Source of the DNA: a virus
IMG/VR virus record: IMGVR_UViG_3300002144_000620
Span: 1 to 64,000 of that record
Direction: 5' to 3' (one strand)
DNA length: 64,000 nt
Position numbers and translations under genes: made by a program. Below, piece after piece: positions 29,663 to 39,480 of this stretch (position 1 is the first letter of the stretch; every line of letters starts with the position of its first letter). Under the pieces are notes generated by a model. That model worked only from the letters and a program-made list of their open reading frames with translations, searched no databases and was not told where the DNA came from.

Positions 29663-30495
29663 TATTCAACTATTACATCTTTTTCATAAATTATATTTCT
29701 ATCATCATTAAATAAATACTCTTTTTTTGAAGTTTCCATCCAGAATGCGGCTTCCTGAGGTTCAATTTTATATTCTAAAGCCTCACTATTTTTGTATAAC
29801 CAAAATAACGAACCGTCTCTCATGTTAACATGTTTGTAACCGATTTTAGGGATTACCATTGATTTATAACCATTTTTATGGAATCTCAATAAAAACTCGT
29901 AATTAAATGTTAATTTAATTTGTTTTAAACCACCAATATTATTATACACATCAGTTTTGATAACCATACCACATAAACTAATATTAGGGTATTCTAATAA
30001 TGTTTCCAAATCGACATTACCAACAGTTTCGGTAAAATTATAAGCCCATACAGCTTCATTTGATAACCCAACGAAATTACTTTCTTCATCAACATCGTTA
30101 ATGATTGGTAAGAATAGTTCTATATCAGGGTAAGCGTCAATATACTCACTAACATTTTTAAACCATGTCTTAGATAGTTCGTCATCAAACTCTAATACAC
30201 TCATGTATTCTGTTTTAACCTCTTTAGCGGCAAAGTTAATCTGACTTTGGTAATCAGTCTCACCAGTATTAATAATAACTTCTACATCTAAACCTTCGTA
30301 TCTACCGAAGTCAATAGAGTTCATTTTTTCAGTTACTTCAACACAATCGCATGTAACCACTAAAACTTTTTCTGGTTTGGTCGTATTTCTACTAATCGAT
30401 GATAGTGCTATATCGAACATATCATCAAATTTATATTTACCCATATCTTCAACCGAGTGTACGGGTACGATAACTGTTAAATTACTTTTGCTCAT
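29662..30495 (-). CDS. Glycosyltransferase family 2 (GT-A)
   Basis: LTVIVPVH, YQSQIN, LEFDD (DxD-like) and YEFLLR motifs. Confidence 0.8.
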   Translation of the reverse strand: MSKSNLTVIVPVHSVEDMGKYKFDDMFDIALSSISRNTTKPEKVLVVTCDCVEVTEKMNSIDFGRYEGLDVEVIINTGETDYQSQINFAAKEVKTEYMSVLEFDDELSKTWFKNVSEYIDAYPDIELFLPIINDVDEESNFVGLSNEAVWAYNFTETVGNVDLETLLEYPNISLCGMVIKTDVYNNIGGLKQIKLTFNYEFLLRFHKNGYKSMVIPKIGYKHVNMRDGSLFWLYKNSEALEYKIEPQEAAFWMETSKKEYLFNDDRNIIYEKDVIVE

Positions 30496-31561
30496 CTTCT
30501 TGTAATGTTTCTTTAAAATTTTCTTTTATTTTTTCTAATTTAGACACTTTCTTATCGAATAAGTGTTGGTAAACCTCTAAAGTGTTTTTTTCAAACAATT
30601 CTTCTGAATATTTTTCGGTGATAGTTTCACTAACACTTGTTAGGTTTTCTGGTAATGTATCATCTAACCAGTTTTTCAAAAAGCTGGATAAGATCTCAGG
30701 CATTTGATTTTCATCGTAAACCCAAACACCATTTTCATCAGTCATCCATTCTGGTATGATATTAGGTACTTTACCAATTACAGGTACGTTACACTTAATT
30801 GATTCAACGGGGAATCTACCAAAAGAAGAGTCGTCATCAATCCATACCGATACACAACATTCTTTTAAATTTTTTGCGAAATCCTCATGATTCATAGTAT
30901 GCATATCTTTAAATGATATAAACCTATAGATTGGGTATTTCATATAAAATGACTTAATTATTTTAGCCGCTTTCCTAGCTTCACGACAATGGATTGCAAC
31001 GATAGGTTTCTGTGGTTTTTCACTCGGTGAAAAATTAGGTCCTACTTTTGGTTCGATAAACTGGACATCTTTGATAGATACAGTATCTTCAATCATATTT
31101 TTAAGTGTGTTCGATGTAGTGATACATTCTTCAGCACCAGAATCAAGCCAAGACTTACCTGGTGAGAAGGCTTCTAACATATAGTCAAATGACTGTACAT
31201 AAATAACTTTCTCTAATGGCATAGTAGCAATTTGTTCAAAAACACTACCATATACTTCTGGTACGATCATAAAGTCAGATGGTCCAACCACTAGATTATT
31301 ATCTTCGATTGACATATGTTCGATTTCATCACATTCGGTTGATAGCCATGCACCAACTTTAATAAAATCATTTTTTTCATGTAACATAGCTACATTGTAA
31401 CCAGCTTTTTTTAAGGTTAGCGCTTGGTTGTATAAATGAATTACACTTGATTTACCATTACCTTTAGTATCTGGTACCATAAAGATTACTTTATGTTCTT
31501 TGTTTTGAATCTTAGCTATTGCTGATTCTAGGTTTTTAACTATTTCTTTACCTTTTTCCAT
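30482..31561 (-). CDS. GT4-like glycosyltransferase (GT-B)
   Basis: IVPEVY and SSFGRFPVESIKCNVPVIG (variant of EgFGlpplEAmacG.PV). Confidence 0.7.
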   Translation of the reverse strand: MEKGKEIVKNLESAIAKIQNKEHKVIFMVPDTKGNGKSSVIHLYNQALTLKKAGYNVAMLHEKNDFIKVGAWLSTECDEIEHMSIEDNNLVVGPSDFMIVPEVYGSVFEQIATMPLEKVIYVQSFDYMLEAFSPGKSWLDSGAEECITTSNTLKNMIEDTVSIKDVQFIEPKVGPNFSPSEKPQKPIVAIHCREARKAAKIIKSFYMKYPIYRFISFKDMHTMNHEDFAKNLKECCVSVWIDDDSSFGRFPVESIKCNVPVIGKVPNIIPEWMTDENGVWVYDENQMPEILSSFLKNWLDDTLPENLTSVSETITEKYSEELFEKNTLEVYQHLFDKKVSKLEKIKENFKETLQEDEQK

Positions 31562-32192
31562 TTTTTTCTTTGTTTAATTTTTTTAGGAGCTTGAATAATT
31601 CCTTTGTATTAATTATAGTATAATCAGATTTAATGTCAATATTAAAATCATTTTCATACTTTATTGAAATTTTACCCTTTGGTTTTGACTTTAATAACTT
31701 AGGATTGTCAGTGACCATTACATCACAATAATCCCAAAAATCTCTCCATTTTTTAGGGAAAATAATTTGCTCTAAATTGTAATAATTTTTACTTAGGAAG
31801 AATAATGTTGCTGCTTTAGATCTTTGACTTTCATTGTTTAGTAAAACCACTTTAATTTTACTTTTATTAGAGAAATCTGAGATACTTTTAACTATACCGT
31901 ATTCTGATTCTGGCTCATCTGTTCTACCGAATATCTCAAATGATGCGTCTTCGTATAAAAACTTATCTAAAATAAATGACTTATCCTTCTTGTTTTCAGA
32001 GAATTCTATTTCCTTACCATCATCTTTAAATTCAGGTGAATCGGTTACACCCTCAATATCTGGAAAGGATTCTGATAAATTAAAGGGGTTTATCGGTCCC
32101 TCAATTTCTTTTTCAAACTCAAATTCATATAGATCTTTAAGTTTTGTTACGTGATCACGTAAAATATTATTTATTGTTACACCAACTACCAT
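31548..32192 (-). CDS. HAD-fold 5'(3')-nucleotidase-like protein with degenerate motif I
   Basis: VVGVTINNILRD replaces the usual IGIDIDGVL. C-terminal CDVMVTDNP matches motif IV of the NT5C-like family. Confidence 0.5.
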   Translation of the reverse strand: MVVGVTINNILRDHVTKLKDLYEFEFEKEIEGPINPFNLSESFPDIEGVTDSPEFKDDGKEIEFSENKKDKSFILDKFLYEDASFEIFGRTDEPESEYGIVKSISDFSNKSKIKVVLLNNESQRSKAATLFFLSKNYYNLEQIIFPKKWRDFWDYCDVMVTDNPKLLKSKPKGKISIKYENDFNIDIKSDYTIINTKELFKLLKKLNKEKNGKR

Positions 32193-32243
32193 GCTATTTT
32201 TTTATAAAAATAATAGTAAGTTGGTGTAAAATAAAGTCTACAT

Positions 32244-32999
32244 TTAATTTTCTCTAAATATTTGTTCTATTTTTTTTATTAAAGGGTTTCTAACAACATC
32301 ATCTTCATTAAGTATGACAGTACCAACTTCATCAAAGTCACTAAATTTACCTATGATAAAGTTGAGGGAACTTTGGTCTTTTCTTTTCATGTCAATTTGG
32401 TTTTCGTCACCCAAGAATATCATCTTAGAGTTTTCACCTAATCTTGTCATTATTGTTCTTATGTTATCTATTGAGATATTTTGCGCCTCATCGATTATTA
32501 CGATAGAGTTATCTATGTTAATACCTCTCATGTATGCTATTGGCATTTCTTCGATCATACCAGCATTTCTTAACATCTCAACATTGTACTTACCAATAAC
32601 CTTTTCAAAATTATGCATGAATGAGTACATAAAAGGTTCCATTTTTTCTTTCATAGTTCCCTTTAAGAAACCTATTTCTTCATCCTTTAAAGTTGTAACC
32701 GATTTAACAATAATAATTTTTCGGTATCTACCATCATTTTTAATTAAATCTAAAGCTACAGCACATGATAGAAATGTTTTGCCAGTACCTGGTAAGCCAG
32801 AACATATAACCATTTCTTTATTTTTTATCTCTTTAACTAATTTTTTTTGGTTAATTGTTTTACATTTTATATCAACCCTTAATTTATCTAAGATATTACC
32901 ACCATGATGATTTGCTGACATCGATTCTAAGATGTCATGTTCCTCTTCAGGGGATAATTTTCTTTTTGATTTTCTATTAGATATTGGTCTACCACTCAT
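32244..32999 (-). CDS. phoH: PhoH family ATPase
   Basis: GLPGTGKT, IGFLKG, AYMRG, IIDEAQN, TRLGENSK and GDENQID motifs. Confidence 0.93.
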   Translation of the reverse strand: MSGRPISNRKSKRKLSPEEEHDILESMSANHHGGNILDKLRVDIKCKTINQKKLVKEIKNKEMVICSGLPGTGKTFLSCAVALDLIKNDGRYRKIIIVKSVTTLKDEEIGFLKGTMKEKMEPFMYSFMHNFEKVIGKYNVEMLRNAGMIEEMPIAYMRGINIDNSIVIIDEAQNISIDNIRTIMTRLGENSKMIFLGDENQIDMKRKDQSSLNFIIGKFSDFDEVGTVILNEDDVVRNPLIKKIEQIFREN

Positions 33000-33005
33000 A
33001 AATTT

Positions 33006-33302
33006 TTAATTTTTAAAATAATTTTCACTGTTTATATTTTTATCATCAATGAATAAATCGTAAGGTGGTTTACCGAATTTTAGTTCGTGGTATTTAACCC
33101 CCCACTCTTTAAACTGTTTCTTAGTTAATTCAGAGTGGTCTATGCCAGTGACCGAACCTCTAGCTGTCCAATAAACAATTGTATTACCTTCATCGTATAA
33201 TTTATTTATTTTATCTATTCTGTCAGGTATAGGTTTTGATTTTGTGTAATCAGTACTATCTGTCTTAAATATTGTATTATCTATATCTACGTATATTAAC
33301 AT
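33006..33302 (-). CDS. Small cap-less HAD phosphatase
   Basis: YVDIDNTI, WTARG and GKPPYDLFIDDK motifs. Confidence 0.8.
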   Translation of the reverse strand: MLIYVDIDNTIFKTDSTDYTKSKPIPDRIDKINKLYDEGNTIVYWTARGSVTGIDHSELTKKQFKEWGVKYHELKFGKPPYDLFIDDKNINSENYFKN

Positions 33303-33305
33303 ACA

Positions 33306-34151
33306 TTACTTTCTCAAACTTTTCATTTTCGATAACTCACCACCAAATAATTCTCTTGGTCCTTCTGGTATTAATAAAGATTCTTCAATATCTCGTATAC
33401 CTTTAACCAATTTAAATAAACCAGATGGTTCAATAGATGCTGAGTGATCTGACCCCCACATACCTCTGTCTAATGTTATATGACGCTCTACCCATGTCAC
33501 ACCCATCGGTATTGTAGCAAAAGTAGTTACTAAACCGTATTCGTGTCCACTATAACCTATTTCTTTTTCGGTGTAATGGTTTTTTAACCATGTTATATAA
33601 TTTAAGTTTAATTCACTTACTGGGCATGGGTATGTTGAGTTTGTGTGCATTATAACGTCAGGGTTACACGAGTCTATACATAAAGTTACTTCATCTTCAT
33701 TACTCATACCCGTTGAGACCATTAGGTAGTCAGCTTTATCTCTAGCGTATTTACATAGTTCGATATCGGTTATTAGTGCTGATGGTATCTTCATAGCGAT
33801 TCCTAGATCACTTTTATACCTCATCATAAAGTCTACTGACGTTTTGTCCCAAACGGATGCAAACCAATTAATACCAATCTCTTTGCAGAATCTGTCTATC
33901 TCATCATATTCAATCTCACCAAACTCAGTTTTCCATTTGTATTCTAAGTAAGTTATCTCACCCCACGGTGTTTGTCTCATCTTATTTTTTTGTTCTTCTG
34001 GTACACAGATATCTGGGTTTCTTTTTTGAAACTTAACGTAATTACAGCCAGCTGCTTTAGCCACTAATATTAATTGTTTGGCAATATTAATGTCACCGTT
34101 GTGATTAATACCTATTTCACCTATTATTTTAACACTATTTTTTTTATTCAT
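33306..34151 (-). CDS. neuB: N-acetylneuraminate/nonulosonate synthase (NeuB family, lacking the C-terminal AFP-like domain)
   Basis: IIGEIGINHNG, VKFQKR, KIPSA, STGM, HTNSTYP, GYSGHE and ERHITLDR..WGSDH motifs. Confidence 0.92.
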   Translation of the reverse strand: MNKKNSVKIIGEIGINHNGDINIAKQLILVAKAAGCNYVKFQKRNPDICVPEEQKNKMRQTPWGEITYLEYKWKTEFGEIEYDEIDRFCKEIGINWFASVWDKTSVDFMMRYKSDLGIAMKIPSALITDIELCKYARDKADYLMVSTGMSNEDEVTLCIDSCNPDVIMHTNSTYPCPVSELNLNYITWLKNHYTEKEIGYSGHEYGLVTTFATIPMGVTWVERHITLDRGMWGSDHSASIEPSGLFKLVKGIRDIEESLLIPEGPRELFGGELSKMKSLRK

Positions 34152-34761
34152 TGTAATATTTTTTATTTAAAAGTATATAATCATTTTGTTTAACATTTAT
34201 TGATGATGATTTAAATATAGAGTAAAAACCTTTATTGTAAATATATTCTAAAACCTCTGGTTCTAATGTTTGTCCGTTAAAATATTCAACCTCTTCAGTT
34301 TCAATTTGTAAGACTTTAATGTTTTCCAATAAATTACCAAAGCTTTCTAGAGCCTCTAATGTGGCGCCTTCAACGTCTATTTTAACTAAGTCTGGTGTTG
34401 GTGAGTTATTTTTATTTATAAATGTATCCATTCTTTTGCATTCTAACTCAACCAATACTTCTTTAGTTTTAGATAAATTTTGTTCAAAAATACTATGTAT
34501 ACCATTTTTTTCTTTATGAAAAAAATTAGTTTTACCATCGTAATTACGTATAATCATGTTATGGAAATTAACTTTATCCGTATCTTTACCTAATAAGAAT
34601 TTTTCGTAATTATCAGGTAAACCTTCAAACCCAATAACTTTACAGTTGAATAGTTCCGATAATAGAAAACTGTCAAATCCGTTAAGGCAACCTATATCGT
34701 AAATTAATTTTATTTCAGAAGTGTTTATTTTTTTATCTAAAACACTTTTTATTGTTTGCAT
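34144..34761 (-). CDS. FkbM-family SAM-dependent methyltransferase
   Basis: YDIGCLNG, FEG and LVKIDVEGA motifs. Start moved to ATG 34761 to avoid overlap with the upstream gene. Confidence 0.8.
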   Translation of the reverse strand: MQTIKSVLDKKINTSEIKLIYDIGCLNGFDSFLLSELFNCKVIGFEGLPDNYEKFLLGKDTDKVNFHNMIIRNYDGKTNFFHKEKNGIHSIFEQNLSKTKEVLVELECKRMDTFINKNNSPTPDLVKIDVEGATLEALESFGNLLENIKVLQIETEEVEYFNGQTLEPEVLEYIYNKGFYSIFKSSSINVKQNDYILLNKKYYNE

Positions 34762-34763
34762 CT

Positions 34764-35615
34764 CTAATCTCGCCATTTTTCGTAAATTTTTATATATTCG
34801 TTTGCGATTATTTCTGGATCCCAATTTGCTTCCATCCATAATCTAGTTTTATACCCAATATCTAATATATCATCTAATCCAGATTCAATTAAATCTATTA
34901 ATTTATTCTCTAAATCATAATAATAGACATTTATAAACGGGTTATTTTTAGCACCTGAAGATCTTAGTAATACCTCCTCCACGCTATTGTCGGTTGAGCA
35001 TATTGTTGCAATACCCATAGCCATTGATTCTAAGCCAGATCTATGGTATGATGATGTTTTAACTTCATCTATGAATATGTTACACATCGACTTTCTATCT
35101 AGACACACTTCTAGTGGTACACCAGTTATTATATCTAACTCAACTTTACCCTTATATAGTTCTTTTATTCTATTTAAGATTGGTATGGTCTCTGAATAAC
35201 CTTTATCAGCCCATTCGGATGTTGGTTCTATCGTTGATGGAGAGTAACCTATACGTATAACTTTATCTTGGTATTTAGGTAAAAAATCTATGTCGTATAA
35301 ATCAACTGGGTTTCTAACTATTCTACAATTATGGTACTCTTTTAGTGTTGCGTGATACTGCGCTATAACCAATTTCGGTAAACTAACATTTAAGTCAACT
35401 CTAAAGGGTTCACTATGATATTGTATGATACTTTTTTTATTGGTTCTAAAGACTTTATTATGTTGATGTATGATGTCTGAATCAGGTCTTATTAATTTAT
35501 TAGGATACGAATATCCTATTACAAATGATTGATGATCAGTATATTTATTAATTACACCACTAATAGCCTCAGGAGCTTTAGCTATGCTAGTATTTTTAGT
35601 GTGTGTTATCACCAT
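34764..35615 (-). CDS. GT4-like glycosyltransferase
   Basis: DKG, IFIDEV, SYHRSGLESMAMGIATIC and the terminal W.PE.IA..Y...Y helix. Confidence 0.7.
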   Translation of the reverse strand: MVITHTKNTSIAKAPEAISGVINKYTDHQSFVIGYSYPNKLIRPDSDIIHQHNKVFRTNKKSIIQYHSEPFRVDLNVSLPKLVIAQYHATLKEYHNCRIVRNPVDLYDIDFLPKYQDKVIRIGYSPSTIEPTSEWADKGYSETIPILNRIKELYKGKVELDIITGVPLEVCLDRKSMCNIFIDEVKTSSYHRSGLESMAMGIATICSTDNSVEEVLLRSSGAKNNPFINVYYYDLENKLIDLIESGLDDILDIGYKTRLWMEANWDPEIIANEYIKIYEKWRD

Positions 35616-36591
35616 AGTAAGTTATGATATTGTCTTTTTTATTGTATTCGTATGCGTTACCTATTATAAAATCCTTTTCATTATCATAGTTATGTACTTT
35701 AGATATAACATATTTTAAACCCTCTTCAGTTCTTAATATACTTTTTTCACCGTCTTTATAGAAATTAAAACCGATTAAGTTGATTTCTTTATAACCACCT
35801 AATTTTTTTAATAATTTTAACATAACTAAACCGCTAGTGGATGGGTTTGAGTCATTAGTTACCCCTAACAAATCATTATGGTGGTTGTATTTTAATATAA
35901 TACTTTGTTTAAACTTATCTAATTTCAACACAATATCTCGCCAATTTTGCATTTTATTCGATATTATAAATCTTATTGGTACAAATTTATCTAAATTAAC
36001 TACTTGTAAGTATACACTCGTATGTATTGTCGTTTTGTTACCAGTAAAAACCTTATCGATTTTATAGGAATTAAATCTAATAACTATATCGTGATCATCT
36101 ATAAATTTACCTTTTTTTAATTTTAATAGATCGGATGAATTAGCCACTAATACGATTCGCTTACCTTTAATAAATCTTTTAAAATTAATTAGTGATAAAA
36201 ACGATATTTTTTTTTTATTATTACCTAAAAATAAATTAACTTTATTATCATAATTAATGATTTCACTATTATCATTATTAATGATTTCACTATTATCATT
36301 ATTAAGGATAATATTATCCGTATTTATTTGGTGTAATTTGTTTTCGTCTATAGGGGCACAGATACCCTTTTTAATAATTATTGGTCGTGTATCTGATTTC
36401 AGATTTTTACCATCTTTAAACGTAACACGAATCGTTGTACTTGGCTGGATAGGTCCAACCATTTCTATAACTGGTTCTATAACTGGTTCTATAACTGGTT
36501 CAGGTGCCCTTACAACTGGCGCCATAACTTTATTTACGAGTTTCTTTGATTTATTATTTAGAAACTTATCTTTTCTTGTGAAGTAACTCAT
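35596..36591 (-). CDS. GT29 (sialyltransferase-like) protein with low-complexity N-terminal extension
   Basis: Sialylmotif-L-like LVANSSDLL..KKGKFIDDHDIVIRFN, S-like PSTSGL...INLIGFNFY and VS-like HNYDNEK. Confidence 0.7.
   Translation of the reverse strand: MSYFTRKDKFLNNKSKKLVNKVMAPVVRAPEPVIEPVIEPVIEMVGPIQPSTTIRVTFKDGKNLKSDTRPIIIKKGICAPIDENKLHQINTDNIILNNDNSEIINNDNSEIINYDNKVNLFLGNNKKKISFLSLINFKRFIKGKRIVLVANSSDLLKLKKGKFIDDHDIVIRFNSYKIDKVFTGNKTTIHTSVYLQVVNLDKFVPIRFIISNKMQNWRDIVLKLDKFKQSIILKYNHHNDLLGVTNDSNPSTSGLVMLKLLKKLGGYKEINLIGFNFYKDGEKSILRTEEGLKYVISKVHNYDNEKDFIIGNAYEYNKKDNIITYYGDNTH
36254..36501 (-). repeat. Short coding tandem repeats (NNDNSEII x2; EPVI x3) in the GT29 N-terminal extension
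   Basis: 24-bp unit at 36254-36301 and 12-bp unit ttctataactgg x3 at 36463-36498. Confidence 0.75.
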
Positions 36592-37213
36592 TTAACTCTT
36601 TTTCCGTATCAATATCAATAACATCACTTATCCCAAAAAAATAAGTTTCGTTATTATATAAATTATTATTTAGTTTATTAATCTCATTTATATTAAATAT
36701 ACTGATGTAGTGTGATATTTCAAAAATATTTGGATAATCTTGTCTACGATACATATCATGTTTAATTAGTTGGGTACCTTTATTTTCACCAGTATCCAAC
36801 ATGTATAAATACGGGTGTGTACCTTTTATATCTTTTTTACATAATAAACTTTTAATATTTTTATTAGTAAAAATATTATACACCTCTTTGATCTGATTAA
36901 ACGTTCTTTCTGGATAAGTTAAGTATAACATTATTACCACATCGTCTTCATTTAAATCACCGTTTTTTACGAGGTATTCAACAACTTCTTTTGTACTAGT
37001 TGTATCAATAGATAGCTCGTCTGGTCTAATAGATACCCTTAAACCAATTGATTCACATTTTTCGATTAAGTATTCATCGTCTGTTGATACAATTATTTGT
37101 TTATGGTATTCTTTTGGTATAACATCAATAGTTTTATTAAAAAGTAATCTATTTTTAAATGGTAATCCTTTTGAGTTCCTTCTGGCTGGTATTAGTATTT
37201 TTACGTTATTCAT
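36566..37213 (-). CDS. neuA: CMP-nonulosonate synthetase (acylneuraminate cytidylyltransferase)
   Basis: IPARRNSKGLPFKN, VSTDD, RP.ELS.D, LYLTYPER, RRQD and IDIDT motifs. Confidence 0.88.
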   Translation of the reverse strand: MNNVKILIPARRNSKGLPFKNRLLFNKTIDVIPKEYHKQIIVSTDDEYLIEKCESIGLRVSIRPDELSIDTTSTKEVVEYLVKNGDLNEDDVVIMLYLTYPERTFNQIKEVYNIFTNKNIKSLLCKKDIKGTHPYLYMLDTGENKGTQLIKHDMYRRQDYPNIFEISHYISIFNINEINKLNNNLYNNETYFFGISDVIDIDTEKELNELLHKKR

Positions 37214-37745
37214 CTATTAAAACTTTAACCTTACCGTTATTAATTAAACCATCTACTAACTTTTTTTCAATTTCTGGGTTATGACCAGACATTTTACAAT
37301 CATCTTTATAATAATGAACACCTCCAGTAAAAAAGTCGAAACCATGTATTTTGACCATATAACCTTTTGATATAAAGTAATATATCATTAGTATGCCAGT
37401 TGTAGCCCATAACCCATTAGTATTTATTATTTTATTAATTTGGTTATAAAAAATAAGTGGTACTATGGTGTGCCCACTTTTTTCAAGGATGTTTAAAGTT
37501 TCGGTGTTGTGTGGTAATAAACCTGGGTATACATAAATTTTTTCATCAAAATTAGTATCTAAATGTTTTTTAGAAAATTTTGTTCTAACCCATATGTTTG
37601 TTTTTGTACCAACAAAATCCTCATAACCGTTTAACTCAAAATCATTGAATCTAACAACGGTCTCATGTGAATCAATTAAGTCACGACATTTATTTTTCAA
37701 ACACGATGGTCCGTTACCTATTAATAATATCTCTTTAACACTCAT
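37206..37745 (-). CDS. Minimal GT29 sialyltransferase-like protein
   Basis: LIGNGPS...IDSHETVVRFN..GYEDFVGTKT (L), TTG...KIHGFDFF (S), HYY (III) and HNPEIEK (VS). Confidence 0.78.
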   Translation of the reverse strand: MSVKEILLIGNGPSCLKNKCRDLIDSHETVVRFNDFELNGYEDFVGTKTNIWVRTKFSKKHLDTNFDEKIYVYPGLLPHNTETLNILEKSGHTIVPLIFYNQINKIINTNGLWATTGILMIYYFISKGYMVKIHGFDFFTGGVHYYKDDCKMSGHNPEIEKKLVDGLINNGKVKVLIDE

Positions 37746-39187
37746 AATACTTTTATAGCCTTTTCTAAATCTGAATTAAAATTTTCTATATGTTTATCTT
37801 TAGTAAAATCATACTGGTAACCTAAGGCTCTTTCTCTGTTAAAACTACTTAATCTATTATGGTAATTTTTCATTTTATTTAAAAAATATTCTAAACCAAT
37901 TTTTTTATAGTGTAATAGCTTTATTGGTTCTTTGAAATAAATAACATTACCCACTGGACTAGCCACATGACAACCAAAATTAAAATTAATTTCACTAATA
38001 TCGTTAGGTTTAAACATACATAATTTATTAAAATGATCATGTTTATAACCGTATTTAACGTCATTAACTATGTTTTCAGTCGTTGTAACGTCAAAACTTT
38101 CGATTATCATGTCATAACCCTCTGGTTTCACTATAGTGGCCTCACTGTTGTTAAAATTGGTTATGTATTCGTTTATGTTTTCTGTATAGAGAAATTCATC
38201 CATATCACAGACAATAACAATATCTGATTTACCTCTAGAATTTTTCCATAAACTATTTTTTATTTGTAAGTAAGCATCGTCACGTATTTCACCACCAGTA
38301 TCGTAACTAATAATAGTTACTTTAGGGTGTTTGTTTAATATCTTAACACTATTGTCGTCAGATTTATTATCATAAACTATAATTTTATTAACCCAGTTCT
38401 CGTAATGTTTTAAAAATGATGGAATTATTTTCTCTTCGTTCCAACATAAAACATGTAGGTCTACTTTAGGTAATGATTTATCAAAAATTATTTGTGATAC
38501 ATCTTCGTTTAATGTTAGTGGTAGTTTTTCTGAATATTTTTTCTCAAAAATTTCTTTATTACTAACCCATTCATCGTTGGTACCCCCAATTGATTTATGT
38601 ATTAACTTTATATTTGATATTAAACCTAACTTAGCACCGTTTATGTGGTTTTCAAAACAGAATGATATGTCGTAAAAATGGAACCCCTTAAAAGATTCAT
38701 CAAATTTATTTTTTATCTTATTTCTATCCACAGCCAGAAATAGACCATCAAGTACAATCATTTCTTTTAATTGATTACCATAATTGGTTGAGTATTTATT
38801 TTCCCAGGTCTTATTACCATCAGTGTGTTTTACCGTACCGTGCATAGCGTTACGTATTTCCCACCACATACCATTAATCATATGGTTGGTACCAGCTACA
38901 CCTAGTATAGAATATTCTGGGTTTTTACTAAACTGTTTTATTAGTTTATCACCCCAATTTTTGGTTTCGAATATTATATCGTCATGACAAAAAACAATTA
39001 TATCACTAGAAGCTTCTTTTAAACCTTTATTGTATATTTCTGTTAGAGAGTATTCTCCGTTATTTACATAAGGTAATATTTCAACACCTTTATGTAGACA
39101 CGTTTTTTCTAGATGATCTATAAAGGATTGGTCGATTAACCTTGTTGAATAAACTATACTTATTTTAACGTTTATCATTTTCTTCAT
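37742..39187 (-). CDS. Two-domain GT2 glycosyltransferase
   Basis: N-terminal domain has YNKG, FCHDDI, LDGLF and FHFYD. C-terminal domain has WNEEKII, YDNKSDDNS, VCDMDEF and LLHYK. Confidence 0.82.
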   Translation of the reverse strand: MKKMINVKISIVYSTRLIDQSFIDHLEKTCLHKGVEILPYVNNGEYSLTEIYNKGLKEASSDIIVFCHDDIIFETKNWGDKLIKQFSKNPEYSILGVAGTNHMINGMWWEIRNAMHGTVKHTDGNKTWENKYSTNYGNQLKEMIVLDGLFLAVDRNKIKNKFDESFKGFHFYDISFCFENHINGAKLGLISNIKLIHKSIGGTNDEWVSNKEIFEKKYSEKLPLTLNEDVSQIIFDKSLPKVDLHVLCWNEEKIIPSFLKHYENWVNKIIVYDNKSDDNSVKILNKHPKVTIISYDTGGEIRDDAYLQIKNSLWKNSRGKSDIVIVCDMDEFLYTENINEYITNFNNSEATIVKPEGYDMIIESFDVTTTENIVNDVKYGYKHDHFNKLCMFKPNDISEINFNFGCHVASPVGNVIYFKEPIKLLHYKKIGLEYFLNKMKNYHNRLSSFNRERALGYQYDFTKDKHIENFNSDLEKAIKVL

Positions 39188-39479
39188 CTTCTTCTATTAA
39201 GTCATAATCGGTATTATCTTCCTTAAATTTAAGAACTGGTATGATACCATTAACTTTTTGTATAAATGTAAATTGTAAAGCAACTTCATTTAACTCTCTT
39301 TCCAGAAAAGTAGCTAACTTATATTCTTCCGAATTCATCGGATAAACAAAAGCGTACAAAACTTTATCACCAACCTGTATTCTTTTACCAGACCATACTG
39401 TTTTATATTCAACACGCTCAAGTACATCTGGTGTAATCGTCTTGTAAGCTTTTATCTGATCTTTAAATTCGTTGTACAT
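39165..39479 (-). CDS. Hypothetical protein
   Basis: Probable start MYNEFK immediately after the dUTPase stop. Confidence 0.5.
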   Translation of the reverse strand: MYNEFKDQIKAYKTITPDVLERVEYKTVWSGKRIQVGDKVLYAFVYPMNSEEYKLATFLERELNEVALQFTFIQKVNGIIPVLKFKEDNTDYDLIEEDEENDKR

Positions 39480-39480
39480 A

